Below are positions 1 through 10,500 of a stretch of 64,000 nt of DNA, one piece after another. The position numbers and the translations under genes were made by a program. Where the stretch lies: contig CAWJQU010000008.1 of assembly GCA_963845145.1 (NCBI GenBank), positions 192,001 through 256,000 of the forward strand, given 5' to 3'. The notes below the pieces were generated by a model. That model worked only from the letters and a program-made list of their open reading frames with translations, did not search any database and was not told the origin of the DNA. The stretch is from an uncultured delta proteobacterium. Its GTDB lineage: Bacteria; Desulfobacterota; Desulfobacteria; Desulfobacterales; QNYZ01. How positions within the stretch are numbered: position 1 is the first letter of the stretch; every line of letters begins with the position of its first letter.

Positions 1-278
1 CCATCCGGGTCGACGCCGATGGTATCCAAGGTAGCTTTTTCTTGAAAGATGCCATATTCCCCCATATAGAGTTCCCCCATGACAAAGCCGACCACCGTGC
101 CGTTTTCGTCTTCCGCCACCAGTGATGTGGGTAAATACTCTTTGGATGTGAAAAGCTTATCAAACTTTAGTTCATAGTATTCCGGACGGGCGGTTTTCAG
201 CACTTTCTCGTCGATTCCGACGATAGCGTCAAAGTCATCCGCTCTCATGAGCCTGATTTTAATATTGCTTACCTTCAT
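1..278 (-). CDS. GNAT family N-acetyltransferase (runs off the window start)
   Basis: Manual translation from ATG at 278: MKVSNIKIRLMRADDFDAIVGIDEKV...SLVAEDENGTVVGFVMGELYMGEYG...ATLDTIGVDPD; purine-rich RBS upstream. Confidence 0.85.
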   Translation of the reverse strand, partial: MKVSNIKIRLMRADDFDAIVGIDEKVLKTARPEYYELKFDKLFTSKEYLPTSLVAEDENGTVVGFVMGELYMGEYGIFQEKATLDTIGVDPD

Positions 279-319
279 GGCGCCCCCTTTTTTATGCAAT
301 GTTAGGGTCTAAGTCTGGC

Positions 320-1456
320 TCAAACTTTAATCAATTGGTAATGTCGGCTGCCGATTCCCATTTCCTGGGCATAGTCCAGCTGCATTTCATATTCCGCATG
401 GTGCGGATAAATGCCCCTGATTTTGTCCTCACCCGGCGACATATTCGTCTTAATGGCTGTATTAGGCAACCCCTGTTCCTGGTTGACCAAGTCGATAGAG
501 GCTTGATCTATGGCCACGGGGTCTTTTGAAGCCACAATCCCGATATCCCTCACAACTGGGGCATCGTTGTGCTGAAAACAGTCGCAATCAGGAGAAACCT
601 GATTGATCAGGTTAATAAAAAAGGCCCGCCCCTTCTTGTTTGCCAAGGCCCCCAATGCGTGTTCCATTTTAGTTTCGTGATAAAAGCGAGGATCTTTTTT
701 CGACGGAATCCACGCGACTTCAAAAGCATGATTCGGACAGATACCAAAACAGACCGCACACATACGACATTTTTCGTCATCTCGATGAACGACGCCGTCA
801 TGCAATGCTAACGCATCCGCCGGACAATGGCTGATACATCGACCAACACCCCGGCATTTTTCCGCCAATATTTGAGGGGGGACAGTGGAATGTTGTCTTA
901 GCTTCGCCCCCCGGGTGGAACATCCGATAGCGATATTCTTTAATGCTCCGCCAAACCCGGCCCCTTCGTGCAGCTTGAAATGAGCCACGGATATCAGCGC
1001 TTCCGCATTGTAAATATCAGCGGCGATCGAGACTTTTTCAAACCGCTTTTGGTTAATGGTAACAACTACCTCGTTAAGGCCCCTGAGGCCGTCAGCAATG
1101 ACAATCGGCGCGTCCACAACCGAATAGGCATACCCGTTTTCGATGGCAATTTGAATGTGATTGGCCGTGTCACCGCGGCCCGGCGGCGATATTCCCGATA
1201 ACACGTTGGTATCGGTGAGAAACGGAAGGCCGCCCTTTTCCTTTACAGCCTGAACGATTTTCCGAATATACATGGGCCTGACCGTAGACGTGTTTCCCGG
1301 CGCCCCAAAATGAACTTTAACCGCCACCAAGTCTTTGGCTCCAAAGATATTCCCCATGTCGGCGACGCTGAGCATCCTGCCCAATTTCTGAATCAGGCTC
1401 TCCCCTTCTTTCGCCCTGAAGTCCATAAAATAGACATTGTTATCCATACAATCCAC
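320..1456 (-). CDS. DUF362 domain Fe-S protein with 2x[4Fe-4S] ferredoxin-like insert
   Basis: VAVKVHFG, HFKLHEGAGFGGALKNIAIGC, CRMCAVCFGICP, SPDCDC, ASKDPVAIDQAS motifs; true start may be ATG at 1447. Confidence 0.85.
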   Translation of the reverse strand: MDCMDNNVYFMDFRAKEGESLIQKLGRMLSVADMGNIFGAKDLVAVKVHFGAPGNTSTVRPMYIRKIVQAVKEKGGLPFLTDTNVLSGISPPGRGDTANHIQIAIENGYAYSVVDAPIVIADGLRGLNEVVVTINQKRFEKVSIAADIYNAEALISVAHFKLHEGAGFGGALKNIAIGCSTRGAKLRQHSTVPPQILAEKCRGVGRCISHCPADALALHDGVVHRDDEKCRMCAVCFGICPNHAFEVAWIPSKKDPRFYHETKMEHALGALANKKGRAFFINLINQVSPDCDCFQHNDAPVVRDIGIVASKDPVAIDQASIDLVNQEQGLPNTAIKTNMSPGEDKIRGIYPHHAEYEMQLDYAQEMGIGSRHYQLIKV

Positions 1457-1948
1457 CCTCCGTTTAAATTGGACATATTTGAATTAGCTGCCGGTCGATA
1501 CCACCGCTGATCGATATTTTGCGCAACATAATGCAACCACCACTATTGGAAAAATCGACGCAGTAGCCGGTAAGGTCAAACCGGTAAGGTTAAATTTGAA
1601 TGAAGTTTATCGATTTACCGGTTCCAAATCAAGCCTGGAATGCGATATTTCGGAGTTCGCCGTTGAGATCCTTTATAATGGTAAATAGGCCATTTTTGTT
1701 AGCATTGTATGAGGAGTCAAATAAATTCGTTTAAGAACACGGAAAACGGCGTCATAAATTTAGTCTGGGTCATTACAAAAAAAGATCGAAAAATCAACAT
1801 CACTTTACATTTCTACTCTGCAAGATATACTTGACTTAACAGTTCAGAGTGATGTTATTTGTAATTATGAATAGTTTGGGATAATCCTGAAAATATCACT
1901 ATATATTTTTAATCGGACAAAAGGGTGTAAGAAGGGGGAATTTGCATT

Positions 1949-2146
1949 ATGCCGGGTTTAATAATTATTTCCATAATATGTATTGCTTCCGCATGGCTAC
2001 TTTGGGGTATTGCCAACAAAAGAGGGGCAAATACACTGTTTTGGACTGTTATGGGCGCCGTTTTTGGTCCATTTGCCATTCCATTTGTGTTTCTGACAAA
2101 AAATAATTCTGCCAAACCTACGCAATTAAACAAATCGATAGAATGA
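1949..2146 (+). CDS. small hypothetical membrane protein
   Basis: 65 aa, two hydrophobic segments, FW..G..FGPFA pattern, purine-rich RBS. Confidence 0.65.
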   Translation: MPGLIIISIICIASAWLLWGIANKRGANTLFWTVMGAVFGPFAIPFVFLTKNNSAKPTQLNKSIE

Positions 2147-2190
2147 TGTTAACAGTATTCGTCGATAAATGAAATCATTGAGGAAATAAA

Positions 2191-2871
2191 ATGGTTTTAA
2201 TTTCGGAAACAGACGCGTGGAAAAATGCGCACTCTGGGGCAGTGATAGGGTTGTTGGAAATTTCAGGGGTAGAAAATAATCATGAATCAGTTTTGCTAGA
2301 AAATCGAAAACGAAAAATAGAAGCAGAATTGGTAGAACGGTACCGCGAGCTTTCCCGACAGGAATTGGTGGTGCTTCCGGTAATGTCTGCTTATAAAAAA
2401 TATTACAAACGTTTTAAAAAGACGTATCATGTACAACTTCAAGTTGAATCAATCGCGCAAAAGGGAAAAAAACTGCCAAATGTTTCACCTTTGGTTGATG
2501 CAAATTTCATGGCAGAAGTGGAGACTTTTGTTTTGACCGCAGGGCACGATGTTACAAAGCTGCAAGAACCAATTTTGATAGATGTATCGCGTGAAGGAGA
2601 CCATATCACACAAATGAATGGCGCCAACAAATCTATCCGTGTAGGAGATATGGTTATGAGAGATGCGGATGGTGTAAACTGTTCTATATTGTATGGACAA
2701 GATAATCGATCTCCGATTATGCCGGAGACAGATCATGTTCTTTATGTTGCTTATGCACCGAAGGGTATTGGCGGTGGTGTGGTAGAATCTCAATTGCATA
2801 AGATCGAAGAAAATGTCCGTCTGTTCTCTCCAAAAGCATTCGTGGAACTGAACCGATTGATTTTGGCTTAG
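2191..2871 (+). CDS. B3/B4 domain protein (PheRS-beta editing-like domain)
   Basis: AYKKYYKRF...LPNVSPLVDANF...AGHD, GDMVMRD motifs; GAGG RBS. Confidence 0.8.
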   Translation: MVLISETDAWKNAHSGAVIGLLEISGVENNHESVLLENRKRKIEAELVERYRELSRQELVVLPVMSAYKKYYKRFKKTYHVQLQVESIAQKGKKLPNVSPLVDANFMAEVETFVLTAGHDVTKLQEPILIDVSREGDHITQMNGANKSIRVGDMVMRDADGVNCSILYGQDNRSPIMPETDHVLYVAYAPKGIGGGVVESQLHKIEENVRLFSPKAFVELNRLILA

Positions 2872-3028
2872 GGTTCGTGTAAAAATAAGTTCACCGTTTT
2901 AAGTGTTGAGGCGCCCGCCTGGCAAGGCGTGAAAGCGCAGGAATATCGAGATATTCCGAGCTTTCGCAACGTCGCCAGACGGGATGCATCGGCGCTTAAA
3001 ATATGAAATTATTTTTTGCGCGAGCCCT
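2870..3028. repeat. ~160 bp imperfect palindromic element (MITE/REP-like)
   Basis: AGGGTTCGTGTAAAAATAAGTTCA pairs with TGAAATTATTTTTTGCGCGAGCCCT; nested arms around central GGAATAT-cgag-ATATTCC. Confidence 0.75.
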
Positions 3029-3134
3029 GAGCAGAGATAGCCCCCCATACGAGCAGCTGAATGGCAAGGTAATTTTAGATAGCTCAACTCAAGGCTGCGA
3101 ATACAAAAACAATAAACAGGAGGTACGCGACATT

Positions 3135-4004
3135 ATGACAACCGCCATTCTCAGTATATTAACTGGAATAGGCGGTATGTTCGGATGGGGAATATACGAC
3201 TTTTTAGGGGGTGTTTATGCCAAACAAATACGTCCGGTAAAATCTTTCTTTTGGTCACAACTGGCCGGTTTAATCTCTGTCTCCCTGCTTTTATTCGTCC
3301 TTACCATAAATACCAACTTCCCTGTCTTGGTACTCATTTTACTCCCTATCGCAGTGATTGCATATTCCGCTGGGTACCTTTTTTTCTTCAAAGGGTTTGA
3401 AGTAGGCAATGTATCCATTGTTGCCGCAACCATGAATCTTTGGGCTGTATTTACAATGCTGTTTGCTTTTATCTTTATGGGTCAACGGCTTTCCACAATA
3501 CAGTCTGCCGGCGTCTTCATGATCATTTCCGGCGTTGTCATAACATCCTTAAATTGGGTCGATATTAGAAATCATAGGTTTCAAGTTTCTTCAGGTGTAA
3601 AAGAAGCGGTTATAGGGGCCTTTTTCTTTGGTGTCTTTTGGAACATCAGCGAGGTTATATCTCAAGAACTTGGATGGTTATTAACAACCCTATTCATAAA
3701 ATTTGGCATTGTTATATTCCTATTGATACTCTCTCTTCTAACAAAACGAAAACTTGACCTGTCGAAAGCCCCCACAAAAACAAAAATAGTGATTGTATTA
3801 ATGGGGATTATTGAAACGGGTGCAACCGCAATCGTAAATTATGGATTGACCATTGGAGATGCCATATTAATCACGCCCATTGCTTCTGCCCTATCGATTG
3901 TAACCATAATGCTGGCCATTATTTTTTTAAAAGACAAAATCGAAAAACTTCAGGCGCTTGGTATCCTAATCGCTATTTCCGGTATAATTACGACGGCATT
4001 TTGA
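3135..4004 (+). CDS. EamA/DMT family transporter
   Basis: About 10 TM segments in two EamA repeats; ATG 3135 follows CAGGAGG (the ORF-track start at 3003 lies inside the palindromic element). Confidence 0.85.
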   Translation: MTTAILSILTGIGGMFGWGIYDFLGGVYAKQIRPVKSFFWSQLAGLISVSLLLFVLTINTNFPVLVLILLPIAVIAYSAGYLFFFKGFEVGNVSIVAATMNLWAVFTMLFAFIFMGQRLSTIQSAGVFMIISGVVITSLNWVDIRNHRFQVSSGVKEAVIGAFFFGVFWNISEVISQELGWLLTTLFIKFGIVIFLLILSLLTKRKLDLSKAPTKTKIVIVLMGIIETGATAIVNYGLTIGDAILITPIASALSIVTIMLAIIFLKDKIEKLQALGILIAISGIITTAF

Positions 4005-4130
4005 TTTTCATCTGATCTTTTATATTGGCGGGTTCCGACTAAAAACCGTCGATATTTCCAACGCATTAAACCAGGCCTCTAATAATAAAATATGAGATGA
4101 AACCGTAGCAGGTGATGGGGAATCACCTCA

Positions 4131-5561
4131 TCAGCGCGGCCCGCTGGCGAGCGGCTCCCGAATGATGGGTGCCACTTCGATAATCCGCATCTGCTTCCAT
4201 TTGCCATGTCGGTAGCGCAGATAAAAGGCGGTGCCGAGGGTTGCGATGTAAAAAGTGACCATTATCCAGACGGTATAGATGCCGGCTTTGAAAACCTCGA
4301 CAGCCAAATAGACGGGGATGATCATCACCCCCCAAGAGAGCGCGGCAATCATCCACATGATAAATTGCGTGTCACCAGCGCCTTTTAGCGCACCGGAAAA
4401 GACAAGGTTCACGGCATCAAAAAGACAAAAAACGGCCACAAAACGAAGCAGTATGATTCCCATATCCATTATCTGGCCGGTTAGGACCGGGTCAACGCTG
4501 TTATTTCGAAAAAGATCGAGCAATGGTTCAGGGAAAAAAACAAATATGGTCATCATGACCGACATATACATGCAAGCGATATGCAATGAACTGGTGGTGG
4601 CATAAACGCCATCTTCGGGTTGCCCGCGCCCAACGGCCTGGCCCACTAAAATCGAAGTACCGATATGGAATCCGAAGACGGGTAAAAAAGAAATTGATTC
4701 TATCGATAATACGATGTTTGTAGCGGCAAGCTCGAGATTCCCCAATCGTCCGAGCATCTGAATAAAGAATGCAAATCCAAATATTTCCAAAAAGAACTGC
4801 CCCCCGCTGGGAAGACCGTAACGCATCAGGCGACCGAAAAGATCGCGGTCGAAAGGTCGACTTTTCCAGGTTCCGAAAGTTTTGCGGTTATGCCGACTGA
4901 AAATGAGCAAAATGAAAATCAGGTTGATGAGGGCGGAAGCCGAAACAGTGGCAATGGCGGCACCCACGATGCCAAGGGCGGGAAAGGGGCCAACGCCGTT
5001 GATCAGGCAGTAGTCAAGGGGTATGTTCAGTGCCGCTCCGGCTAGATGAACCCACATAACGGTCCAGGTCAATCCCCGGCCGGTGTAAAAACAGGAGAGG
5101 GCTGAGCTGAGAACCACCAGCCCGGCGCCCAGGGTGAGAATGTTGAAATACTTAATCTCCAGCGTGCGGACATCGGCTGAATGGCCAATCAGATTAAATA
5201 GCTGATGGGAGAGAAAATAAAATAGCGCCAGAAAGCAAGCTGCGAAAAGGGAGAAATAGATACCCTGCCATACCGCTGCACCGACACGATCCAAAGCCTG
5301 CGCACCCGTATACTGCGCCACAAAAGAATTCGTGTAACCGGCGACCCCCATGAAAAAAGAGATTAACGTAAAAGATAAAATACCCGCCGGCAACGCAGCC
5401 GAGATCGCCTCAACCGAGTAATTGGCCAGAAATACACGATCGGTAAACTGCATCAGGGTGATGGTACCCATGGAAGCGACCAGTGGCAGGCTGATAGTAA
5501 AGACATGACGATAGCCATTGGGCCGAGCCCAGCGTTTTTGTAGGCGATTTAAGATATTCAA
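4131..5561 (-). CDS. MATE family efflux transporter
   Basis: About 12 TM; VAQYTGA, NIPLDYCLI, VGQAVGRG, GALKGAGDT motifs. Confidence 0.9.
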   Translation of the reverse strand: MNILNRLQKRWARPNGYRHVFTISLPLVASMGTITLMQFTDRVFLANYSVEAISAALPAGILSFTLISFFMGVAGYTNSFVAQYTGAQALDRVGAAVWQGIYFSLFAACFLALFYFLSHQLFNLIGHSADVRTLEIKYFNILTLGAGLVVLSSALSCFYTGRGLTWTVMWVHLAGAALNIPLDYCLINGVGPFPALGIVGAAIATVSASALINLIFILLIFSRHNRKTFGTWKSRPFDRDLFGRLMRYGLPSGGQFFLEIFGFAFFIQMLGRLGNLELAATNIVLSIESISFLPVFGFHIGTSILVGQAVGRGQPEDGVYATTSSLHIACMYMSVMMTIFVFFPEPLLDLFRNNSVDPVLTGQIMDMGIILLRFVAVFCLFDAVNLVFSGALKGAGDTQFIMWMIAALSWGVMIIPVYLAVEVFKAGIYTVWIMVTFYIATLGTAFYLRYRHGKWKQMRIIEVAPIIREPLASGPR

Positions 5562-5653
5562 GTGGTCTGTCGTATTATTTTATTAGCTCAAATAGTGGTC
5601 AGTAGCGTCTACCAGGCACGGTGCCGGATTATTTGGGGCATCGTATTATATAA

Positions 5654-7126
5654 CTACTTAATCTCAGCAATCGGATTCCGCGGAAGAATAATAGTAAATC
5701 GGGCGCCTTTTCCGGGTTCGGTCTTTACAGTGATGCTCCCCCCGTGTTTATGAATGACTTTACGGGTGATAAATAGCCCGATACCGGTTCCTTTATTCCC
5801 TTTGGAAGAATAAAAAAGCCTGAAAATATTGGGGACCTGATCCTTTTCGATCCCAGGCCCATTATCTGAAATGTCAAAAACAACCTGGGAGTCTTCCCCC
5901 CGAACATTAAATGTAATGATTTGGTTTTTATTACGTGTATCTTCGATACAAGCATCCATCGCGTTTTCAAGGATATTAATAAGTGCGGGGCGTATAACTT
6001 CCGTGTCGATATTCATTTTCCCCAGGCTGGTGGGAAAGTTACACCTAAATTCGACATTGGCCGCCCGAATACGCGTCTCTATGCTGGTTGAAACGTCTTC
6101 GGCAAATTCCCAGACATCGATGTTCGACAACTGTAAATCCCGCTCTTTGGCATAGTATAAAATGTCCAATACAAGCTTTCGGATTCGGTCAACCATGAGT
6201 TTGGTGACATCCAACCCCTCCTCGATGCGCGCGTGTTTATTGCGGTAAAACCCGGTTTCAATCAAATAGAGGCTAGCATCCAAACCAGTTAGGCACCCTT
6301 TCAAGCTATGGGAGACCGTGCCAATCATTAGGCCTAAAGTTGAAAGGTTGAGTTGCATTTGGTGCAACCGCGTAACGTCCATAAAATATCCGAGGGTCGC
6401 CCGCCTACCACCGTAATAGATAGGCGTCACTGTCTCCATGATCCATCGAATATCGCCGCCTTTGTTGTGAATACAAAATTCATACGGCGTTGTACTCTTT
6501 CGCTTCAACATGGCGACGGCCTGCTGGCGAACGTGCTCCCGGTAATCCTCATGTATATAGGTGAAAGGGTTGGAATCTAAGACCTCATCTTTGGTGTATC
6601 CGATAATACGAATAAATTCGGTGTTAACATATTTGAATTTGTCATCCTGGACAATAAAAGTACCAATCGGTGCGTTCTGCTTGCTGTCAAGAAACGCCTG
6701 GACAGCCAGTTTCTCCTCGGTTATATCCCGAATAAACCCTTCGATGCCAATCGCCCCATTTTTACGACAAACAATCCAGCGATCATTGAGCCACCTTACT
6801 TTACCGTCAGGGTGGATCAAACGATAGTTTGTCTCGCCCTCATCAATGCCGTTACCCAAAGCATCGTTGATGTCATTCAACAAACCATCCCGATCTTCCG
6901 GGTGAATTTTTTGGAATACCTGTTCTGCGTCGGGTGTCCGCGACCCGGCACACTCAATATCAAATATTTCCACAAAGCGTCGATTAATAAAATGGTAACG
7001 CTTCTCGCTGACCGCATAGTGATAAATCCCATCCGAAGACCGGTCGGCCAGGCTTTGGAAATCCTGAAATAGCTCGTGTTTGATCGGAGCAGTATTGTGG
7101 GCGGGTGTTCCGTTTATATCTGTCAT
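5654..7126 (-). CDS. PAS-PAS sensor histidine kinase
   Basis: Two PAS/PAC domains, VSHSLKG H-box, NILENAMDA, DNGPGI, GTGIGL boxes. Confidence 0.9.
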   Translation of the reverse strand: MTDINGTPAHNTAPIKHELFQDFQSLADRSSDGIYHYAVSEKRYHFINRRFVEIFDIECAGSRTPDAEQVFQKIHPEDRDGLLNDINDALGNGIDEGETNYRLIHPDGKVRWLNDRWIVCRKNGAIGIEGFIRDITEEKLAVQAFLDSKQNAPIGTFIVQDDKFKYVNTEFIRIIGYTKDEVLDSNPFTYIHEDYREHVRQQAVAMLKRKSTTPYEFCIHNKGGDIRWIMETVTPIYYGGRRATLGYFMDVTRLHQMQLNLSTLGLMIGTVSHSLKGCLTGLDASLYLIETGFYRNKHARIEEGLDVTKLMVDRIRKLVLDILYYAKERDLQLSNIDVWEFAEDVSTSIETRIRAANVEFRCNFPTSLGKMNIDTEVIRPALINILENAMDACIEDTRNKNQIITFNVRGEDSQVVFDISDNGPGIEKDQVPNIFRLFYSSKGNKGTGIGLFITRKVIHKHGGSITVKTEPGKGARFTIILPRNPIAEIK

Positions 7127-7336
7127 GGCGTCATTATCATTTTGTTATATTTTCAACCATCGGTGACAAATGTTTTAATGAATAAGAAGGAATGGCCGAT
7201 TTTTTCAATCGTACTCCTAATCGATTTATTAAGAAAAGGCAATTGACACCCGGAAACAGACAACCCCCGGATCTATGTCTAATAAAAGGACACAATTCGA
7301 GGGTTGTTTAAAAGTGGGCGGTGTGGGTTGAATGCT

Positions 7337-9445
7337 TTACGCCATATTTTCCGCCACCAGTTCGGCGATATCCCGGGTCTTGATTTCCTCCTCTTTCTCC
7401 AGTTCTTTCATACCGTCTTCAACCATCGTCAGGCAAAAGGGGCACCCGACAGCCACATTGGTTACGTTTTTTCTGACGATCTCTTCGGTACGTTCAATGT
7501 TGATCCGCTTGCCGATGGTCTCTTCCATCCACATTCGGCCACCCCCGGCGCCACAACAAAAGCTTTCCCGGCCATGTCGATCCAACTCCTTCAGCCCCCA
7601 GTTCGATATGGATTTCAACAATGTTCGGGGTTGGTCGTAAATGGAATTATAGCGTCCCAGGTAACAGGGATCATGGTAGGTTAGCGGACCTTCCAGTGTC
7701 TGGGTTAACTTAACCTTACCCTCTTTGACGAGCTCGTCAATGAACGCGGAGTGATGGATCACCTCGTAATGTCCACCCATCTGCGGGTATTCATGTTTCA
7801 AGGTGTTGAGGCAATGAGGGCAGGCCGTAATAATCTTTTTGACCTTGTAATTGTTGAGGGTCTCTATATTTTCTTCGGCCATCATCTGGTAGAGCATCTC
7901 ATTGCCCACCCGGCGGGCAAAGTCTCCGGTGCATTTCTCTTCCGTCCCCAAAATAGCAAAGCTGACGCCGGCTTTTTGAAGAATCTTCACCAGGCTGACC
8001 GACACTTTTTTGGTGCGGTCGTCAAAGGATCCGGCACACCCAACCCAAAGAAGATAGTCGACATCGGCATCTTCCGCCATTGTTTTAACACCCAGATCTT
8101 CCGCCCAGTCGGCCCTTTTATCGTAGCCAATGCCCCATGGGTTTCCATTACGTTCAAGCCCTTTTAAAGCAGGGTTCAACTCTTTCGGGTAGGCTTCGCC
8201 CATCAATGTTTGGCCTTGTCGCATGGCGACAATGCGAGGCACATGCTCGATGGTCACCGGGCAGACTTCCTCACAAGCCCGGCAGGTTGTGCAGGCCCAG
8301 AGCATATCGGGTTCAATGATGTCGCCTACCAGTTGTTTCTCACTGTTCAGGGCCGCCATCTTCTCCTTGGTCTTTTCATTTTGCTCAGGATTACTATCCG
8401 GTTGAATGGTTTCGGCCAATCGCGACCGTTTAATAATATTGTAAGCATGATCGTACAGTTCGTTTTTCAATCGATCGTTGAAGTCGTGGAGGTTTAACGG
8501 TTTGTCCGTGGTGTAGGTCGGGCAGACCTCTTTGCAGCGGCCACACTCGGTGCAGGTGTAAAGGTCCAGTCCCTGTTTCCAGGTCAGCTGGTGAATGTGA
8601 TTTAAGCCCAGTGTTTCGTCTTCCCAGGCCGCTTCATCCTCAAGATCCAACACTTTGGTCTTTTCATGCGGGTATCCCAGTTTTTTGAAAAAAACGTTTG
8701 GCAGCGCAGTAATGACATGAAAATGTTTCCCATGGGGCAAGAAGTTGAGAAAAGTCAACTGGGTGATAATATGCAACCAAAACATGATCACCATGATCAC
8801 CCCTATGGAATCCGCACTGAGTGGTTTCAACAATGCCGCGAACGCCACGGTAACCGGCGTCCAAAGAAACTCGCTGCCATAGGTAGGATTATTGAAAAAA
8901 TGAAGGTGGTCGGGATTCCCAAAGGCCGTAATTAACTGATACCGGGCGCCGTCGTAGAGCAGGTCTGAAATCATCAGCACGCCGATCATCCCCAACACAA
9001 AAAATGCTTCCCAGGTATTGTGCAGCCGTTTGGGTTTGGTGACCAACCGACGAAAAACGGCATAGATCACCATCGCCAATACGACCCCTTCCATAAGGTC
9101 TTTGATAGCAATATAAAGATATCCAAGGATAAACTCATCGCCTAAAAACGGCAGCTGAAACCCTTTCACAAAGCCTTCGCCATACAGGGTAATACTACGA
9201 ATCAAGAGAACGCAGAACCCCCAAAAGATCAGTGCGTGCATCACGCCTGAAGCCCGTTCTTTTTTCCGGCCCACCAGGCGTTTTTGCCCGATGGCCAGAG
9301 TCATCAGGTTTTTCAGGCGTTCAATGATACGATTGACTCGATCTGCCGGCTCAAGCGCCATTAACAATTGTATTTTATGAAACATGGTACTGCCAAAAAT
9401 TGCCAATGCAATCAAAAGCAGTAGAATCATTAAAAATGGATTCAT
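7337..9445 (-). CDS. Membrane heme b/Fe-S oxidoreductase (FadF/HdrD-like; ETF:menaquinone oxidoreductase type)
   Basis: N-terminal TM region with His ligands (MHALIFWGF, WLHII, GKHFH), CTECGRCKEVCP and CTTCRACEEVCP, CCG domains; directly downstream of etfBA. Confidence 0.85.
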   Translation of the reverse strand: MNPFLMILLLLIALAIFGSTMFHKIQLLMALEPADRVNRIIERLKNLMTLAIGQKRLVGRKKERASGVMHALIFWGFCVLLIRSITLYGEGFVKGFQLPFLGDEFILGYLYIAIKDLMEGVVLAMVIYAVFRRLVTKPKRLHNTWEAFFVLGMIGVLMISDLLYDGARYQLITAFGNPDHLHFFNNPTYGSEFLWTPVTVAFAALLKPLSADSIGVIMVIMFWLHIITQLTFLNFLPHGKHFHVITALPNVFFKKLGYPHEKTKVLDLEDEAAWEDETLGLNHIHQLTWKQGLDLYTCTECGRCKEVCPTYTTDKPLNLHDFNDRLKNELYDHAYNIIKRSRLAETIQPDSNPEQNEKTKEKMAALNSEKQLVGDIIEPDMLWACTTCRACEEVCPVTIEHVPRIVAMRQGQTLMGEAYPKELNPALKGLERNGNPWGIGYDKRADWAEDLGVKTMAEDADVDYLLWVGCAGSFDDRTKKVSVSLVKILQKAGVSFAILGTEEKCTGDFARRVGNEMLYQMMAEENIETLNNYKVKKIITACPHCLNTLKHEYPQMGGHYEVIHHSAFIDELVKEGKVKLTQTLEGPLTYHDPCYLGRYNSIYDQPRTLLKSISNWGLKELDRHGRESFCCGAGGGRMWMEETIGKRINIERTEEIVRKNVTNVAVGCPFCLTMVEDGMKELEKEEEIKTRDIAELVAENMA

Positions 9446-9474
9446 AGATATCTCGCCATAGTAGTATATTTCGG

Positions 9475-10434
9475 TTAGGCTCTTACTTTTTTAATCTCTT
9501 CCCGCAGGATCGGCACTACTTCAAACAGGTCACCCACGATACCATAATCTGCTACGTTGAAAATGGGCGCCTCGGGGTCTTTATTAACCGCCAGAATCAC
9601 CTTGGAGCCGTTCATTCCCGCCAGGTGCTGAATGGCGCCGGAAATACCAAAGGCCATGTAGAGGGAGGGGGCGACAATCTTACCGGTTTGCCCCACTTGT
9701 TTATTGTGGCCCATAAAGCCACCATCAACCATTGCCCGGGAGGAGCCAAATCCGGCGCTAAGATCGTCGGCCAACCCTTTAACCAGATCGATTCCGGCCT
9801 GGTCCTTGGCGCCCCGCCCGACGGATACCACAATATCGGCCTCGGCCAGATCGATTTCACCGCTAGCGTCCGAGACCAGTTCCTTAATGACGGCTTTTAA
9901 ATCCGGTTCCGGGGTGGACAGCTTCACCATATTTTCTGCCCCGGTTAGGCCTTCGGTCGCTTCAAACGCGCCGGCACGCACGACAGCCACAAGTTTACCT
10001 GCGGTGATTTTAACCCGTTGCATCACTTTATTGGTGATGGCGGGTCGAATTATTTCGATTTGATCGCCTTCCAACATCACATCGGTGATTTCGTTGGCGC
10101 AAGCGGCTTCAAGTTGAGCGGCAACTCTAGGGGCAACCGCTTTGCTGCTTTCTGAAAAACCAAACCAGACCTGATCGGCGTCGAATTGTTTGGCGGCATC
10201 GACAATACAGGCGGCATAGGGCCCGGCGGAGAAAATCTCCAGGCTTGGATCATCCGCGATGTATTGGGTATCAGAGCCCGCATTGGCCAATTCAGCGGCA
10301 AGGGACTCTATATTGCTGCCAATTGCGGCCACGGCGGTATCCGCACCGATGGCCTTGGCCTTAGACAGAAGTTCGGCCGTACTGCCTTTTACGACACCTT
10401 GTTTTATCTCTGCAATCACGAGTATTTTAGCCAT
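9475..10434 (-). CDS. etfA: Electron transfer flavoprotein alpha subunit
   Basis: VSVGRG, QVGQTGKIVAP, GISGAIQHLAGM, NKDPEAPIF motifs. Confidence 0.95.
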   Translation of the reverse strand: MAKILVIAEIKQGVVKGSTAELLSKAKAIGADTAVAAIGSNIESLAAELANAGSDTQYIADDPSLEIFSAGPYAACIVDAAKQFDADQVWFGFSESSKAVAPRVAAQLEAACANEITDVMLEGDQIEIIRPAITNKVMQRVKITAGKLVAVVRAGAFEATEGLTGAENMVKLSTPEPDLKAVIKELVSDASGEIDLAEADIVVSVGRGAKDQAGIDLVKGLADDLSAGFGSSRAMVDGGFMGHNKQVGQTGKIVAPSLYMAFGISGAIQHLAGMNGSKVILAVNKDPEAPIFNVADYGIVGDLFEVVPILREEIKKVRA

Positions 10435-10500
10435 AATATTGTTTTCCTCTTATCGTTCCGTTTCGAAGTAGATGATGATAGCAAATAATGGTTGACCGTG

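Noticed and set aside
3003..3134. N-terminal extension of the EamA ORF
   Set aside because: Starts inside the palindromic element; strong RBS precedes ATG 3135
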